In this document: piece after piece, positions 44,612 to 59,615 of the stretch | Position numbering within the stretch: position 1 is the first letter of the stretch | How the letters are laid out: each line of letters opens with the position of its first letter | NCBI RefSeq assembly: GCF_009914755.1 | Contig: NC_060927.1 | Length of the DNA: 64,000 nucleotides | Source of the DNA: the human T2T-CHM13v2.0 reference genome, Homo sapiens | Reading direction: 5' to 3' (one strand) | Notes under the pieces: generated by a model | Databases searched by the model: none | Told to the model about the DNA's origin: nothing | Seen by the model: only the letters and a program-made list of their open reading frames with translations | Program-made: the position numbers and the translations under genes

Positions 44612-45314
44612 TAATCAATAAGTGAGTCAGGTAATTTTTGTGTGTGTGAGAAAGGGGGAGCAGCTGCTGTTGCTACTAAAACCTTATTCATAACACTTAC
44701 GTTGTGGGGTGGGTGTGGGGCAGGCAGTCAAGTGCAGCAGAAGGAATTTTCCATTCCACACTGACCACACCTCCGTGAAGGCTGTTTCCTAATTATTCCT
44801 AGAAGCAGCTAGGATCTGTCTTAGCAGAAGACATTAAGTCTGATTTTTAGTTGTCTCTCCTTTTATCTTCTTTCTTCAGAGCCTAGCACAAGCTAGAAAC
44901 TCAATAAATGCCAAAGAAGCAAATGGAGTGTTCCTTTTACCAGCCTATATCCTGAAACCCAGAGAGCAGGGAAAAACTGTTTAAAAACTGTCTAGAATGA
45001 AAATGCCACCAAGTAGGAGCAGTCCATTGGCACAATACAGGAGGCTGTAGCTTTGGGGCAATCATTTTTTAAGGTCTCTATCTTTCAGCATGCACAGGTT
45101 CCACAGCTGTTTGTATTGTTAAATACTTTCTCCACTCCACTTTTTTCCTCCTTAAAGAAATCAAAACATTTTTGGTGGGGAGGTCTAAAAATTATTGTGA
45201 GCCCTAGGCACTGAGTCTCCTGTACCTTACTAACAAGTCAGTTCTGGCTGGTGCCTGGGGGAACTGGTTGGTAATGTTTTGATCATCACCCCAGGTAAGT
45301 ATTACACTGTACAT

Positions 45315-45625
45315 CAGAAGTAGAAAACTGAAATGCCTACAAGCAGGCTGGGTATGGGGAATTTGTCCACCGTGTATGATGAGTTGGTGGCTAAACTGGT
45401 GTTCATAGCCCCCTTCCCTAGAAGTCGCTGCAGGCCACCTCACCTGGATTGTCCCCCAGTGTTGCCAGACTTCCCCATTTTTCAAGAAAGGCTAGAAACC
45501 CTGAGTTTTATGTAAAATCTCTCTGTTTTAAAATGCTAGCTCAAATTTCAAAGAAAAAATCTCCCTGAATGAACCAAACAAAACATCTCAGTATTGTATA
45601 TGGCACTACTTTGTAATTTCTCTTG
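45315..45625 (+). mobile_element. MER102-like hAT-Charlie element
   Basis: AAACTGAAATGCCTACA...GTTGCCAGAC..TTTTTCAAGA..TTTTATGTAAAATCTC..CCAAACAAAACA. Confidence 0.55.
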
Positions 45626-45954
45626 AACGTATCTGCTGCAGGGAGAAGCCTTAAAAACAAATGGCAGGTGTGGGCACCAGAAAATCAACACATCGGGAAG
45701 AGAAAAATGGCATGGTTTTACTGTAATTGTAAAAAGGTAATACTAGTTGCAGTAAATTGCATGATTCTTACTGTTTATGTGTAGTCCCTTAGCACTAATC
45801 TAATTATTCAGATTCCATAAAATTCCATTTGGATTATTTTCATGCTATTTCACTTTCCTGAATTTGTAATTTGAGTAATAGGGCCAGAATTTCATGACGT
45901 AATAGGGCCAGAATTTCACGTATCAAGAATTCTTACTCATAATTGTGATGTTCA

Positions 45955-46243
45955 ATTTTTTTTTTTTTTTCCTGAGATAGGGTCACTCTGTTGCCCAGAC
46001 TGGAGTGCAATGGCAAGATTCCCAGTGCTCTGGTGGTCCTCCCACTTCAGCCTCCTATCTGGGACTACAGATGCATGCCACCACATCTGGCTGATTTTTA
46101 AATATTTTTTTGTAGAAATAAGGTTTTGCCATGTTGCCCAGGCTGGTCTCGAACTCATGGGTTCAAGCCATCTGCCTGCCTTGATCTGCCCGCCTTGGCC
46201 TCCCAAAGTGCTAGGAGTACAAGCCTGAGCCACTGTGCCTGGC
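45955..46243 (-). mobile_element. AluJ with internal deletion
   Basis: Reverse-complement Alu. Confidence 0.9.
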
Positions 46244-46590
46244 AATGATTTTGAATTTTTAAAAGCGTACTTAACCCTTAATAAAGGCCCGTATTATTTC
46301 TAGTCACATCATATTTGTCTGACTTGCTTTGGGGCTTACAATATAAAAAAGAAGAGAGGAAAGAAGTCTGCATTCTTTTGTTTTTGACTCTTCAGGAGTA
46401 TTTAGTAAAAATTATTTTTAAAATAAGTAGGACTTTGGGGATTTGACTGAAAAGCTACACATATTCACTTTCTAGTGACAAAATCAGCCTGTGGCATTGT
46501 CAGAACACCACAAGGCATACCCAGTCCCACTTCTCCTCTTCATCTCAGCTGATGATTTCACTTTCTAATCCTATAAACAGTTAAGATCTA

Positions 46591-46903
<313 letters not shown>

Positions 46904-48249
46904 CTAGTGTGCTGAGCTCTTCAAAGTGGTAAAGTATAGGTTCCTTGGAAACAGAAGGGTCTCTGATTTAGGATTGGTGGGGAGGGAGGACTGTAAGCCT
47001 TCCTGGAGGAAGGGACATCTTCACCCAGAGTAGAATTGGATTAGACTTCAATGAGAGGGCAGGGCAAGGTTGAGGGAAGAGGCCCAGAACTGAAAAAGTA
47101 TGACAGAATCCAGCAGTAGAAGTAAATTGAATTGGGTTGGAGGGTGCAAGTCATTCTAATTTCATGTGTAGCACTTGTCACTTTCAGATCATTTCTTGTT
47201 TACTGTCTGTTCTTCTACCCTCATACCCTCACAGAGAATAGGAGGCCTGGCCTGCTGATTCCTTAGTGGCTGGCATATATGTCTGTTAATCTTTCTTGAG
47301 AGCCAGCCTTGTGTCAGATCCTGTTCTAAGTGCTTCCCTCGCTCCCCACCCCCGCCATTCAACAAAATTCTACTTCTTCAGAGCTGGTTCAAATGCTTTC
47401 TTCTCTATGACCACCCCCCCCCCTGCCCCGCCCCGTCTCTTTTCCTCACTCCTACTCTCAGAATTAATTACTTCTTTCAGAGGTCCCTCAGCTATTGATC
47501 CTTCCTTGCAGCATCAATTTAATTATGCATAGTGTCAGTTTGCGGTTTCCTTGTCTCCTCCATTTCTCATTAAGTTTTAAATCATATGAAGACAGTGCAT
47601 GTTTGTCTGTCTCTGTAAGCCCTACAACACTTTGGGCAGGCTTTTACACACAAAACGGGGCTCAAAAATATTTTGAATAAATGATTTAGGGAGAGGTCCA
47701 CAAACGCCCTCCACTCCCACCCTAGTCCTCAGAGCAATACTTTAAAATAAAAATCTGACCATTTCAACCTTGTTAAAGGCCGATCTTCATTCTGAGAACA
47801 GAATTCTAACTCCTAAGCACGATGGTGACCTCAGGGCGCTGTGTGAACCTGCACCCGCACCCCTGTCCAACCACGTCCCTCCCCACACCTGGTCTAATAA
47901 AACGACTGCTTTAGGTGACCTGCACGATCGGCTGTACTGATTCATGCCACAGGCTTTTACCTCAATTACTCCCTCTGTCTGGAATGTCCTTTCTTTCCTT
48001 GCCTGGCCTGATTCGGGCATGGCCTTCTCAAGCAAGCTTTCCGTCTTTGAATCTAGGCCCTGATTAAGAACTTTTTAAAAAAGTACTAAGTTCAGAAAAG
48101 TTTAATATGGTGTTCCCCCATTTATGTGATTAAAAATGAAAACAATACTAAAGTGTAAAATGTAATCTTTAAAATGTCACACAACTTTACATGCATGCTA
48201 GATTTAGAATACCATCTGTATTTACGATTTTCTCTTATTGACTGTCTCC

Positions 48250-49350
48250 ACGCGCACCCACTCTGCAGACGCCCTAAAGAGTGTCTATCGGATCACCCTC
48301 AAGTTGGGTCAAACGGCTCCTCTTCTCGGCTTTTCGGGAGCAACCCTATCTCAACATTCACCATCTTAAGATGAGCAGACTGCAAGTTTGCCTCTCCCAC
48401 CAGTATGGGAGCTGCCGAAGCGGCAAGAACAGCGTTTCCGTCCATCGAGCGCCAGGTCACCAGTCAGCTCCAGTCCTATTTTGAGTTGAAGTAAAAGCTC
48501 CTCCCTAGATGGCCAGTGCACGTCTTTAAAAAGCGACTCCTTTCCCACAAAGGAAATACGACTGGTTCGCATCTATCAAGGGTTGGCGTTGGGATAAGAG
48601 GGTGAAGTATCAGCTGGCCCTGATTCTCTGAATTCCCGGACCCAATAACGCGACCAAGCACCGTGACTCCCAGGAAAACTAGCGGAGTGAGCGCGGCTGA
48701 GGAAATTACTGACACCGGAAGTCACGTGAGCGGCTGCCCCTAAGGTCGCTATCTCGACAGTCGACTATTCAGCCTTGCAGGCGCCTCTGGCGGGCTTCAC
48801 TGAGATCCGCTCTTTCGGTGCTCGACTCGCCCGTGCTGCTGCCGCCGCCGAAGGAGGGGCAAAGCTCAAGATGGCGGACAAAACGCCAGGCGGATCTCAG
48901 AAGGCCAGTTCAAAGGTAATTTCTGACAAAATTTCGTAAGTCAGCGGATCTACCACTGTCGTTTGGGGCCCACAGACGCTTCTGGCCTGTGAGAGGCGAT
49001 TGGGATTGGGGTCTGCATTCTAGTCGCGACGGTAGGCCCGGGCGCCGCCGCACCGTTGTGCGCAGGTTGAGAGGCCTGGTATCTCCCCATAGTCCCAGCC
49101 GGGATTCAGCTCGAGACTGGCGTGCCCAGTGGGTGGAGGCGTGAGTGCTTCGGCCCGCGCTTGGCATTGGAGTGAAATCAGGAATTCAGATTGAGGTCTG
49201 AAGCAGTGAAAACGCTCTCCTGTATCTCAGCTTCCTGCGCCCTGAGGCCGCCAGACAGCGCCTGGGAGAGAGGCGGGAATCGCTTCCCGGTGCTTAAATG
49301 TCTGCTGCTTTTTTCTCGGTTTTGGATCTCACTCACTTCCGGCCTCCCTC
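48250..49350. promoter_or_regulatory. CpG island / TATA-less promoter of U2SURP
   Basis: High CpG density; CCAAT at 48642; ETS CCGGAAGT 48715-48722; E-box TCACGTGA 48722-48729; YY1-type AAGATGGCGG 48868-48877; second ETS CACTTCCGG 49334-49342. Confidence 0.9.
48871..48915 (+). CDS. U2SURP: U2 snRNP-associated SURP motif protein (SR140), coding exon 1: MADKTPGGSQKASSK
   Basis: AAGATGG Kozak context; donor AAG|GTAATT; splices in frame to the next four exons; N-terminus recognised. Confidence 0.93.
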
Positions 49351-50554
49351 AGTTTCCCTCCAAGGAATGAATAACCTCTAGGGTCGCCAGCTGTGAGGGG
49401 AGGACCACTAGGGCAAAGACACGGAGTGGGAAATGCAGAGGCGGGAGCAGCTCTCCTTTGCAGTGCTGCATAGCCAAGGTTAATGTACAGTCTACACGTG
49501 GTCTTTACCTTAACGGGAAGTAAAAAGCACTTTTGAGGGTAGAGGACTCGTGGTCTCTTTCTTTATGTTGAAGAAACAGTGAAAAGAGAAGCTCCGTAGA
49601 CTTGTAAGCTACATACGATTAGTAAATTGCATTTGTGTTTACAGGGAACCCTGGGCACGTATTGTGAAACCAGTGAGCTGTGGTAGTAGTTAAGCATTAG
49701 TACGGTTGGGTTCTTAGTTGCCATCTTGGGCGGGACATTTAATCGTTTTTTGGTTTGGGTTTCTGGTCTCGAATATATTAAAAGTAATTGGTACTGCCAC
49801 GAGGTAGTTAAACTTTCCGATGCTGATGCAAGAAGCTGTGTAACACTTTCAGGTGCTAGGGACTGTTAAATCTTAAAGAGTGTGTGACTGTAAATCGGCT
49901 ATTAGAAAGTTAAATTTACGGTAGGAGAGAAGCTTGCGTTTACAGTTCTGAGAAACATCATAACTCGTTTTCTACTTGCTTTCTCTAATCCGACTGTTTA
50001 TGCCATTTGGTGAACGATGTACACCAAAATAATTAATTCATAATTAGTAATGGTCTTAACAGACATCGTTTAGTTACATAGAAACTTTGGTGAGGGGCCA
50101 GTTTCGGCTTCTTTACAAGGTATTGTGTCAGTTTTTTTTCCCCCTCCTCAGTACATTTTCTCGTCTCCCTCTCTTTGGGGGCGAGCTCTACCAACTCTTC
50201 TCAACAGACTCCTGACAAGAACATACCGTTAGGGAGCTATTACTAAAGCTAGCTACGTTCATAACAAGTCGTGCATAAGCCTCACAATTTTTGTTTCTTC
50301 TCAAAGTAATATTTTAAGTATTCCCTACTTGAGGTCTTGGATACATTGAAAACATTTCAATGTCTGTGTTCAGGCTTCCTTCTAAAATAGTGCTTCTCAT
50401 GACTGAATGTATGGCTGTTCTCAATAAATAAATTATTGGATTATCCAGTAATCTTTTCTGTTTATATTGCCTTAGATTATAATCTCTTGATGCTATTAGC
50501 AGATTTCTTACTGATGTCTGTGAAAGGAATCAGAATATCTTAACTAATTTGGAG

Positions 50555-50765
50555 GCTGCATAATGTAGTGGGAAGATTATGAATTTTGTTAACAAGAGAT
50601 TTGGGTTCAAATCCTGACTTGGTAATTAATTATATTTGCGATAATAAGGCAGATTGCTTAAACTCTGGAGCCTCAATTCCCTCATTTGTAATGTAGATAT
50701 AATTCTTTTTTTACATGGTTGATATAAGGATCAAATGAGATAATGTCTATGAAGTACATAATAAA
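50555..50765 (+). mobile_element. MIR SINE
   Basis: TGGGTTCAAATCCTGACT..CTCTGGAGCCTCAATTCCCTCATTTGTAA..AAATGAGATAAT. Confidence 0.75.
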
Positions 50766-50844
50766 TCTTAATTTCTTTCCCCTCTTTTTGTTTTTAGAGG
50801 AAATCAAAAGTTCTTAGCTTTCAAAATGTCAGGATAAATTTTAA

Positions 50845-51232
<388 letters not shown>

Positions 51233-51565
51233 TGCTTCCCTGCTTTTTATTTCTAACACATAATTTATTAGAGAAATTGTAAGATCATTTTGGCTAATAC
51301 TACAGTATTTAGAATTTCTAGCCTTTGATATCTGGTTTGATTTCCTTTCCTCTGGAAAGAACAGATGAGTGGCTTATATTTTACAATACAGATGGAGTGA
51401 ACAGATACTTCTGTTTCATGATTCGTCGTTTTCTTTGGTAGTTACATTCCCGTTAATATGGATAGGGATGCTTATTATATTTCTAGACATTGGGAAAATG
51501 TTAATTTTAAATGTACAATATGGCAAAATTATTAACATTTCTTAATTATAAAAAGATTAAATTAG

Positions 51566-51878
<313 letters not shown>

Positions 51879-53714
51879 TTCTAGTTTTAAAATGATACTT
51901 TATGTATGTGTATGTACTTGAATGACTTACCTTTATTCATAATTGTCCCTAATGAAGAGACCCCTGTGCACTTTAATTTTCTGTGTAATTTTGTTGTGCT
52001 TTGCATTTTAGAGCCTGGCAGATGTAGACATTTAACAAATGTTCTAGAAATGAGCTAAAATTTTCCTGTGCATTTGTTTGTTTATCACTAGTCTAAAATA
52101 TTGCTTGGTTGGGGAGGGGTGTTGATGTTATGTAGTAGCTTTCATTTTGAGAGGAGAGAGAGAGAGCCTGTAATTGTTTACTTATAAAATTGTTAAGCAT
52201 ATTTCCTTAGAATTTAATTTATAAAAAAATTACTGTTTTTGACTGTCAATTGTTTGCTTACTCAGCAAAATTAGGATATGAAGAAAATGTAGTATTTTCT
52301 TTCCTTCTGCCATCTCCTGTGCTGGTAATATTGCTAATGTAATGTAATTGTGTGCCCTGCTATTTCACTCTGTGACTATGGCTTTTTTTTTTTTTTTCTT
52401 TTTTGCCGTATCGCCAAAAATTGAGTTAGGTGAATGGATAAAACAAAATACTACAGGCTTCCTTGGACATCCAGTGCTGAATTGCTTTGGGAACTGTTTT
52501 GATTGACTGCCTTTGCTGATTAACAAAAAGTATCACTTTTAAGAAATAAGTAAACTGAGGACCTGTTCAAGGCTTGTGAACCTTAGGTATTTATTACTGC
52601 CAGTTTTCATTTTTTGTGGTACCTGAAAGTTTATGAAAAAGTCCAAACAAAATACAAACCTTGAAAATCAGGCTTTCAAACAGTTTGCCAATTTTAAACT
52701 GAATCTTTATTATGGTTTATGGTTGTAACCTTATCTTAAAATGTAAGGTAGTTTTTTTGGTAGAAGGTTTTGTTTTGGTCTGGAAGGTAGAACTGAACTT
52801 CCTTCCATTTTCTCGATTGATAACTTTTTCGAAACTTGAACCTGCAGCACGGGTGCTAGAATATGCCTGTTGGTATGGTTTTAAAAATAATTCCTATCTT
52901 TCTGGATTGAATTGTTTTCTGAAAGTCCAGTTTTTATTTTCACTTTTTGTTTTTTATTTCTGAAGCTTTGTTTTCCTTGGAAAGTAAACCTAAGAAAGAT
53001 ACCCATTTGCCTTACTGGGTATCATTGAGAGAAGAGCTCATTTAGTATGCCGGTTGAAGTATCTACCCCTCTACCCTCCACCCTTTTTTTCAAGGAGCCA
53101 TCATTTTTGGAATAAAAAGAAAAACTTGCTACAAGATATTAAAATCAAAAATAGTAATATTACAAACTATTTGCCTCATTCTAGTATAGGTGGTTTTAAC
53201 ATTTTATTGCACATCAGCTGTGAGCTGGATATTTTGCTGAAATAACGTTTTTGAAAGCAAGATACATTTGTCAGTAGCACTTGAGGCTAACGGTAGTGTT
53301 AGACATATATTCCTTGAGTTAAGTTTTTTCACAAGGCCCTTCCTCAGTTTAGATAAACTATAGGTTATTCAGAGTGTACTTACAACTTTTCATATAGTAT
53401 TGGTAGTGTTTTGAATAATTTAAAAAATCATCTTAGGTTTGTTATTTAACTTTATTTATATAGTGCTTGTATTAATGATTTTGTGAATGTTTTTTAAAGA
53501 TGGATACCTTGATTTGGCTTGGATAGTGGTATTAAGCTAGGTAGCTGTTGTTAATGAGTGGACAGCATAGTATGTTGATAGTGTGGAGTGTAATTTTGTT
53601 TGGTGGTAGGCACTTGTTCTGACAAGTCAAGTATATTGAGACTCTGTCGCTTGCCAGATCTTGTGCTTGATGTTGAGTTAGAAAATGTTAAATAAGAATG
53701 TACCCATTTTTAGC

Positions 53715-53991
<277 letters not shown>

Positions 53992-54513
53992 GAATGTACC
54001 CATCTTTGAGGAGCATGCTGTCTAGTAGAAGAGAGTCAGCACAATGCAATTAAGGTGGTGTTATGCTTCCTATAGGAGAGATTGTTAAACTTGTGGAGAT
54101 GAAAGTTGCTTCTCTTAGAGGGTGAGAGGAGAAACGTGGGAGATTAGGAGACAGATACACGAATGGAGAGCTCACTAGGCAGAATGGTAGTGTTGGAGGA
54201 ATGTTGCTGTGGATAGCTTGGTAATTTGGAAACTCAGATGTGGGGTTTTCACTTAAAGTAAAATTGGAGCAGCCAGAAGAAAACTAGTTTTGTTCTCAGC
54301 CAGCAAGCTATAGGGCAACAGGTAGTGTAGTTGGCTTCACTTTTATCCCTTTAGCAGCCATCAGAATGATCTTTTTTCCTTTTGGATTTTCTTGCTGTCC
54401 CTCCCCACATTTCTACTGTCTGCTTTCTCTGCCTTAAAATAAATTTCTCTTGTGTATGCTACTTTATTGTGTCAAACTTCCCTTAGTCTGCCTTTTCACT
54501 TCTTCCTTTTGTA

Positions 54514-54987
<474 letters not shown>

Positions 54988-56001
54988 TCAGGAGATCTTT
55001 AGGCATCATTGGTTTGTGTTCTTCAGTTAAAAATAAAAAGCCAAACTCAAGACAAAGAATACAGTTCAGTTCCAGGTTAGGAAGAGGGAGAAGCTCAGCT
55101 TCTGAAGTAGTGCTATATTTACTGTTTACCTTGACTGTTATCTTTAGAAGTTGATGATTATTTTAAAAATTGTGTTAACTGCTGTTTGAACTGTTAAAGT
55201 TCCGTGCTGAATGCTATGTAGCTGTAGGTATGTATCAGTGGAAAATGTCTGGTTTGCAGTAAATGTGATTAGTGACATCTTAAGCTAACTGAAATCAGCT
55301 GGTGCATTGTCCTACACCGGTGCATTGTGCTACACTATGCTGTTACTGCTCTGTTTGCAAATTTATCAAATTGTGTAATTTTGAAAGCTGACAAAATTGT
55401 TACTTTTGAACTGATTATTTTTGTATTAGAGATTATTTAATTTGGTGAATGGTTACGCAAGTGAGATCCTTGAAGATTATAGAGCTTCATCTTTTGATGA
55501 CTTGGAGTCAGGGAAGAGTTAACTATATGGAAATAGGCAGAATGCCTAGGTTCTTGTATCTTTTGTTTTTAAATCCTAGAAATGATGATTTGGATGTGGT
55601 GGCATCAAAGACTACAGAAAGGGTAGCGCTTTCTTAGTTATTCTTTTGGATGCTTATTCTTTCTGGGTGAACTTTAGAATTGTTTTGGCAATTCTTTTGC
55701 CCCCTTGCAAATATTTCCCTTTGGAATTTAGAGCGGTTGAATGAAATTGTATTAAATATGTAAAGAAATTTAGGTGTCATTGACATTATCTTAATATTGA
55801 ATTTTCCCATCCAGTAATATGAATCTTTTGAAAAGGTGGCTTGAGTAACTGGATTTTTCTCGAAGTTTTTGTTTTCTTCACAAGGGTTATATACATTTCT
55901 TAAATTGGTTTCTAGATGTTTTTATATTTTTTGTTGCTTTTATGATTAGGATGTTTTTGTTGCTTAGCAAGTTAATACTGGTGTATTGGAAGGCAATTGA
56001 G

Positions 56002-56281
56002 TTTTTTTTGTTACTATTGTTTGTTTTTGATATGGAGTCTCTGTCGCCTAGGCGGTAGTGCAGTGGCGCGATCTCAGCTCACTGCAAGCTCTGCCTCCCG
56101 GGTTCACACCATTCTCCTGCCTCAGCGAGTAGCTGGGACTACAGGCGCCTGGCTAATTTTTGTATTTTTAGTAGAGATGGGGTTTCACCAGGTTTGGCCA
56201 GGATGGTCTCCATCTCTTGATCCACCCGCCTCGGCCTCCCAAAGTGCTCGGATTACAGGCGTGAGCCACTGCACCTGGCCC
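56002..56281 (-). mobile_element. Alu (Y/Sc8-like) with several small deletions, inside an old antisense L1M
   Basis: Reverse Alu; TSD AGGCAATTGA/AGGCAGTTGA. Confidence 0.9.
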
Positions 56282-56556
56282 AGGCAGTTGATTTTTTTCA
56301 GTCCCTTCAGCCTCTTGCCTGAACTTGTTTTTCTTTTGTAAGAGTAGTTATTTATTCTTTTGGATTTTTAAATTTCTAGATATTTGTAAATTTATGCATT
56401 TCAAGATATGTTTCAGGGTGTGTTTCATAGTTAATAAATACTAAAAATTTTCTTTTATACCACCTTGACATTTAAGAAAGATTAGCCGCTAGAAGAAAAT
56501 CAGGGTGGACACAAAAGTTGGGGACAGAAAAACCATGGACAGAAAGAGTGAGATGG

Positions 56557-56853
56557 GGCCGGGTGCGGTCGCTCATGTCTGTAATCCTAGCACTTTCAGA
56601 GGCTGAGGTGGACAGATCACCTGAGGTCAGGAGTTCGAGACCAGCCTGGCCAACGTGGTAAAACTCCGTCTCTACTAAAAATACAAAAATTAGCCAGGCA
56701 TGGTGGTGCGTGCCTGTACTCCTAGCTACCCAGGAGGCTGAGGGAGGAGAATTACTGGAACCCGGGAGGCGGAGGCTGCAGTGAGCCGAGGTCGCGCCAC
56801 TGTACTCCAGCCTGGGAGACAGAGTAAGACTCTGTCTCAAGAAAAAAAAAAAA
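56557..56853 (+). mobile_element. AluS
   Basis: Dimeric Alu; TSD AAAGAGTGAGATGG / AAAGAATGAGATGG. Confidence 0.95.
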
Positions 56854-58055
56854 TGAAAGAAAGAATGAGATGGGAGGGGTCCCAGTGCTTGGTTGTCCTG
56901 TTGTCCTGGGCTGATTTTTGCCTATGCTAATGCGCAATACAGTGGAGTTCAGAGGAGTAAATTGATTCAGTGTAAAAATCTTACCAGCTGTTCTTAGCCT
57001 TATGTCTGGACAATGTAAATAAAACAATACTGTATGGATCTTTGCTCTTTTTTAAATAACATGAATCTTCAGTTTTTCTCTTAAACTAATATTTTATCTT
57101 GTACTTTATATGACATCTTGTCTGGGAGTTGGGGTCAGGTGAGATATTTGTGATCTCAATATTCTTGATTTCATTTGAACATTTGACACTTAAATATATA
57201 AATAAAAACAAGTAAAATTTCACTACCGTATACCCTCAAAAATAAAAACAGCTCAGTGACAGTTATATTTTGGATCCCCAAGTAAAAATTCTTGGAGAAT
57301 CTTTCTTTCAGAAAGATAGCATACATTATTTAGTTAATCGTCCTACAGCTTGTCATCTTTGTCTTTACATGTGTAGTGGCAACAAGTTATTGCATACCAT
57401 GTATAATCTGATAGGTAGATCACTTAAGAAAAGTTGAAGTTTTAACAGTTGACATCACTGGAAGATATTATATGAACTCTTTCTCATGCCACCAGGCAGC
57501 CTGTGACATGCTATCGAATCATCTCCCTTAAAACGAGTTGTAAATGGTGCCTTATTGGGGATTTGATAATATTTTCTGGAACTTTGCAGAATTTGTACCT
57601 TTTAATAGACAGCAAGGATTTATATGTGGATTTCTTTATGTGGCTTTGGGTGATTAGAGAAAGAGAGTTCTCGTGCTGTGGACCAAGAAGTTGCTGGGCA
57701 GTGCTGTGGCAGTAAACGATGCATCTATGATTAGGAAGAGCTTTTGCATAAAACTGTGTAAAAATGGTGGTTAGGTTTCCAGTGTATACTATAAAGAGGT
57801 AATTTTGCCTCATATATATCCCACTAGTGTTTATTATATTTTTGGAAATATGCAGGCTGAATTTTAAAGAAATGACTTACACATTTACTTTGTATCACAA
57901 TCTTTTCATAAGTCAGAGACTGCCTTTGCTCAGTTTTATTAGCTGAGGAGAAATTGCCAGAAGTTAGGAAACTCTTAAGTTTGTATAACACGAGAGACAT
58001 GTTTTGTTAGTATAAGACATTTTAAATTATTGACTTTTATTTTTGATACTTGTAG

Positions 58056-58100
58056 ACGAGATCATCAGATGTTCATTCATCTGGATCTTCAGATGCACAT
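58056..58100 (+). CDS. U2SURP: U2SURP coding exon 2: TRSSDVHSSGSSDAH
   Basis: Acceptor TTGTAG|, donor CAT|GTGAGT, 45 nt, phase 0-0. Confidence 0.92.
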
Positions 58101-58621
58101 GTGAGTATAGAAGGCAATCTTTGTCTTTTTTCCTTTAAAATTTAACTTCTCCTCATATGTATCCCTACATCAATGATTTTACTTGACAAATAAATACAAT
58201 TGTATGTGCTTTTTTCTTTTACTCTTTTTTTTCTAGGCGCCTTCCTTTTTTTTTTTTATGTTCTGCTTGCATAACTTAGCCCTCTGAAGCGATGTTAGAA
58301 ACCTAGTATGTATATTTCCTTATGATTTTTATTGTGTAAAAATCTGTACATACATAACGTATCTATACTTATACTTTGACTATGGGATTGCATTATGCAT
58401 ATGCCTTTCTCACCGCACAAAACATATGTTGGAAATCCCTGCAGGTAAACTGTTAACAGCTCTAATCTGTTCTTTCTTAAGGCATCATAATGTTCTGTGG
58501 TGGGGAAGTGCAGTTGTTTGTTATTTCTTTGTTGATGGGCATATATTTTTTGTTTAAAGCTTTCAAGTAACATTTTGGATAGATAATACTACAATAAGTA
58601 TTTTTTTAATATATGTTATTA

Positions 58622-59615
<994 letters not shown>

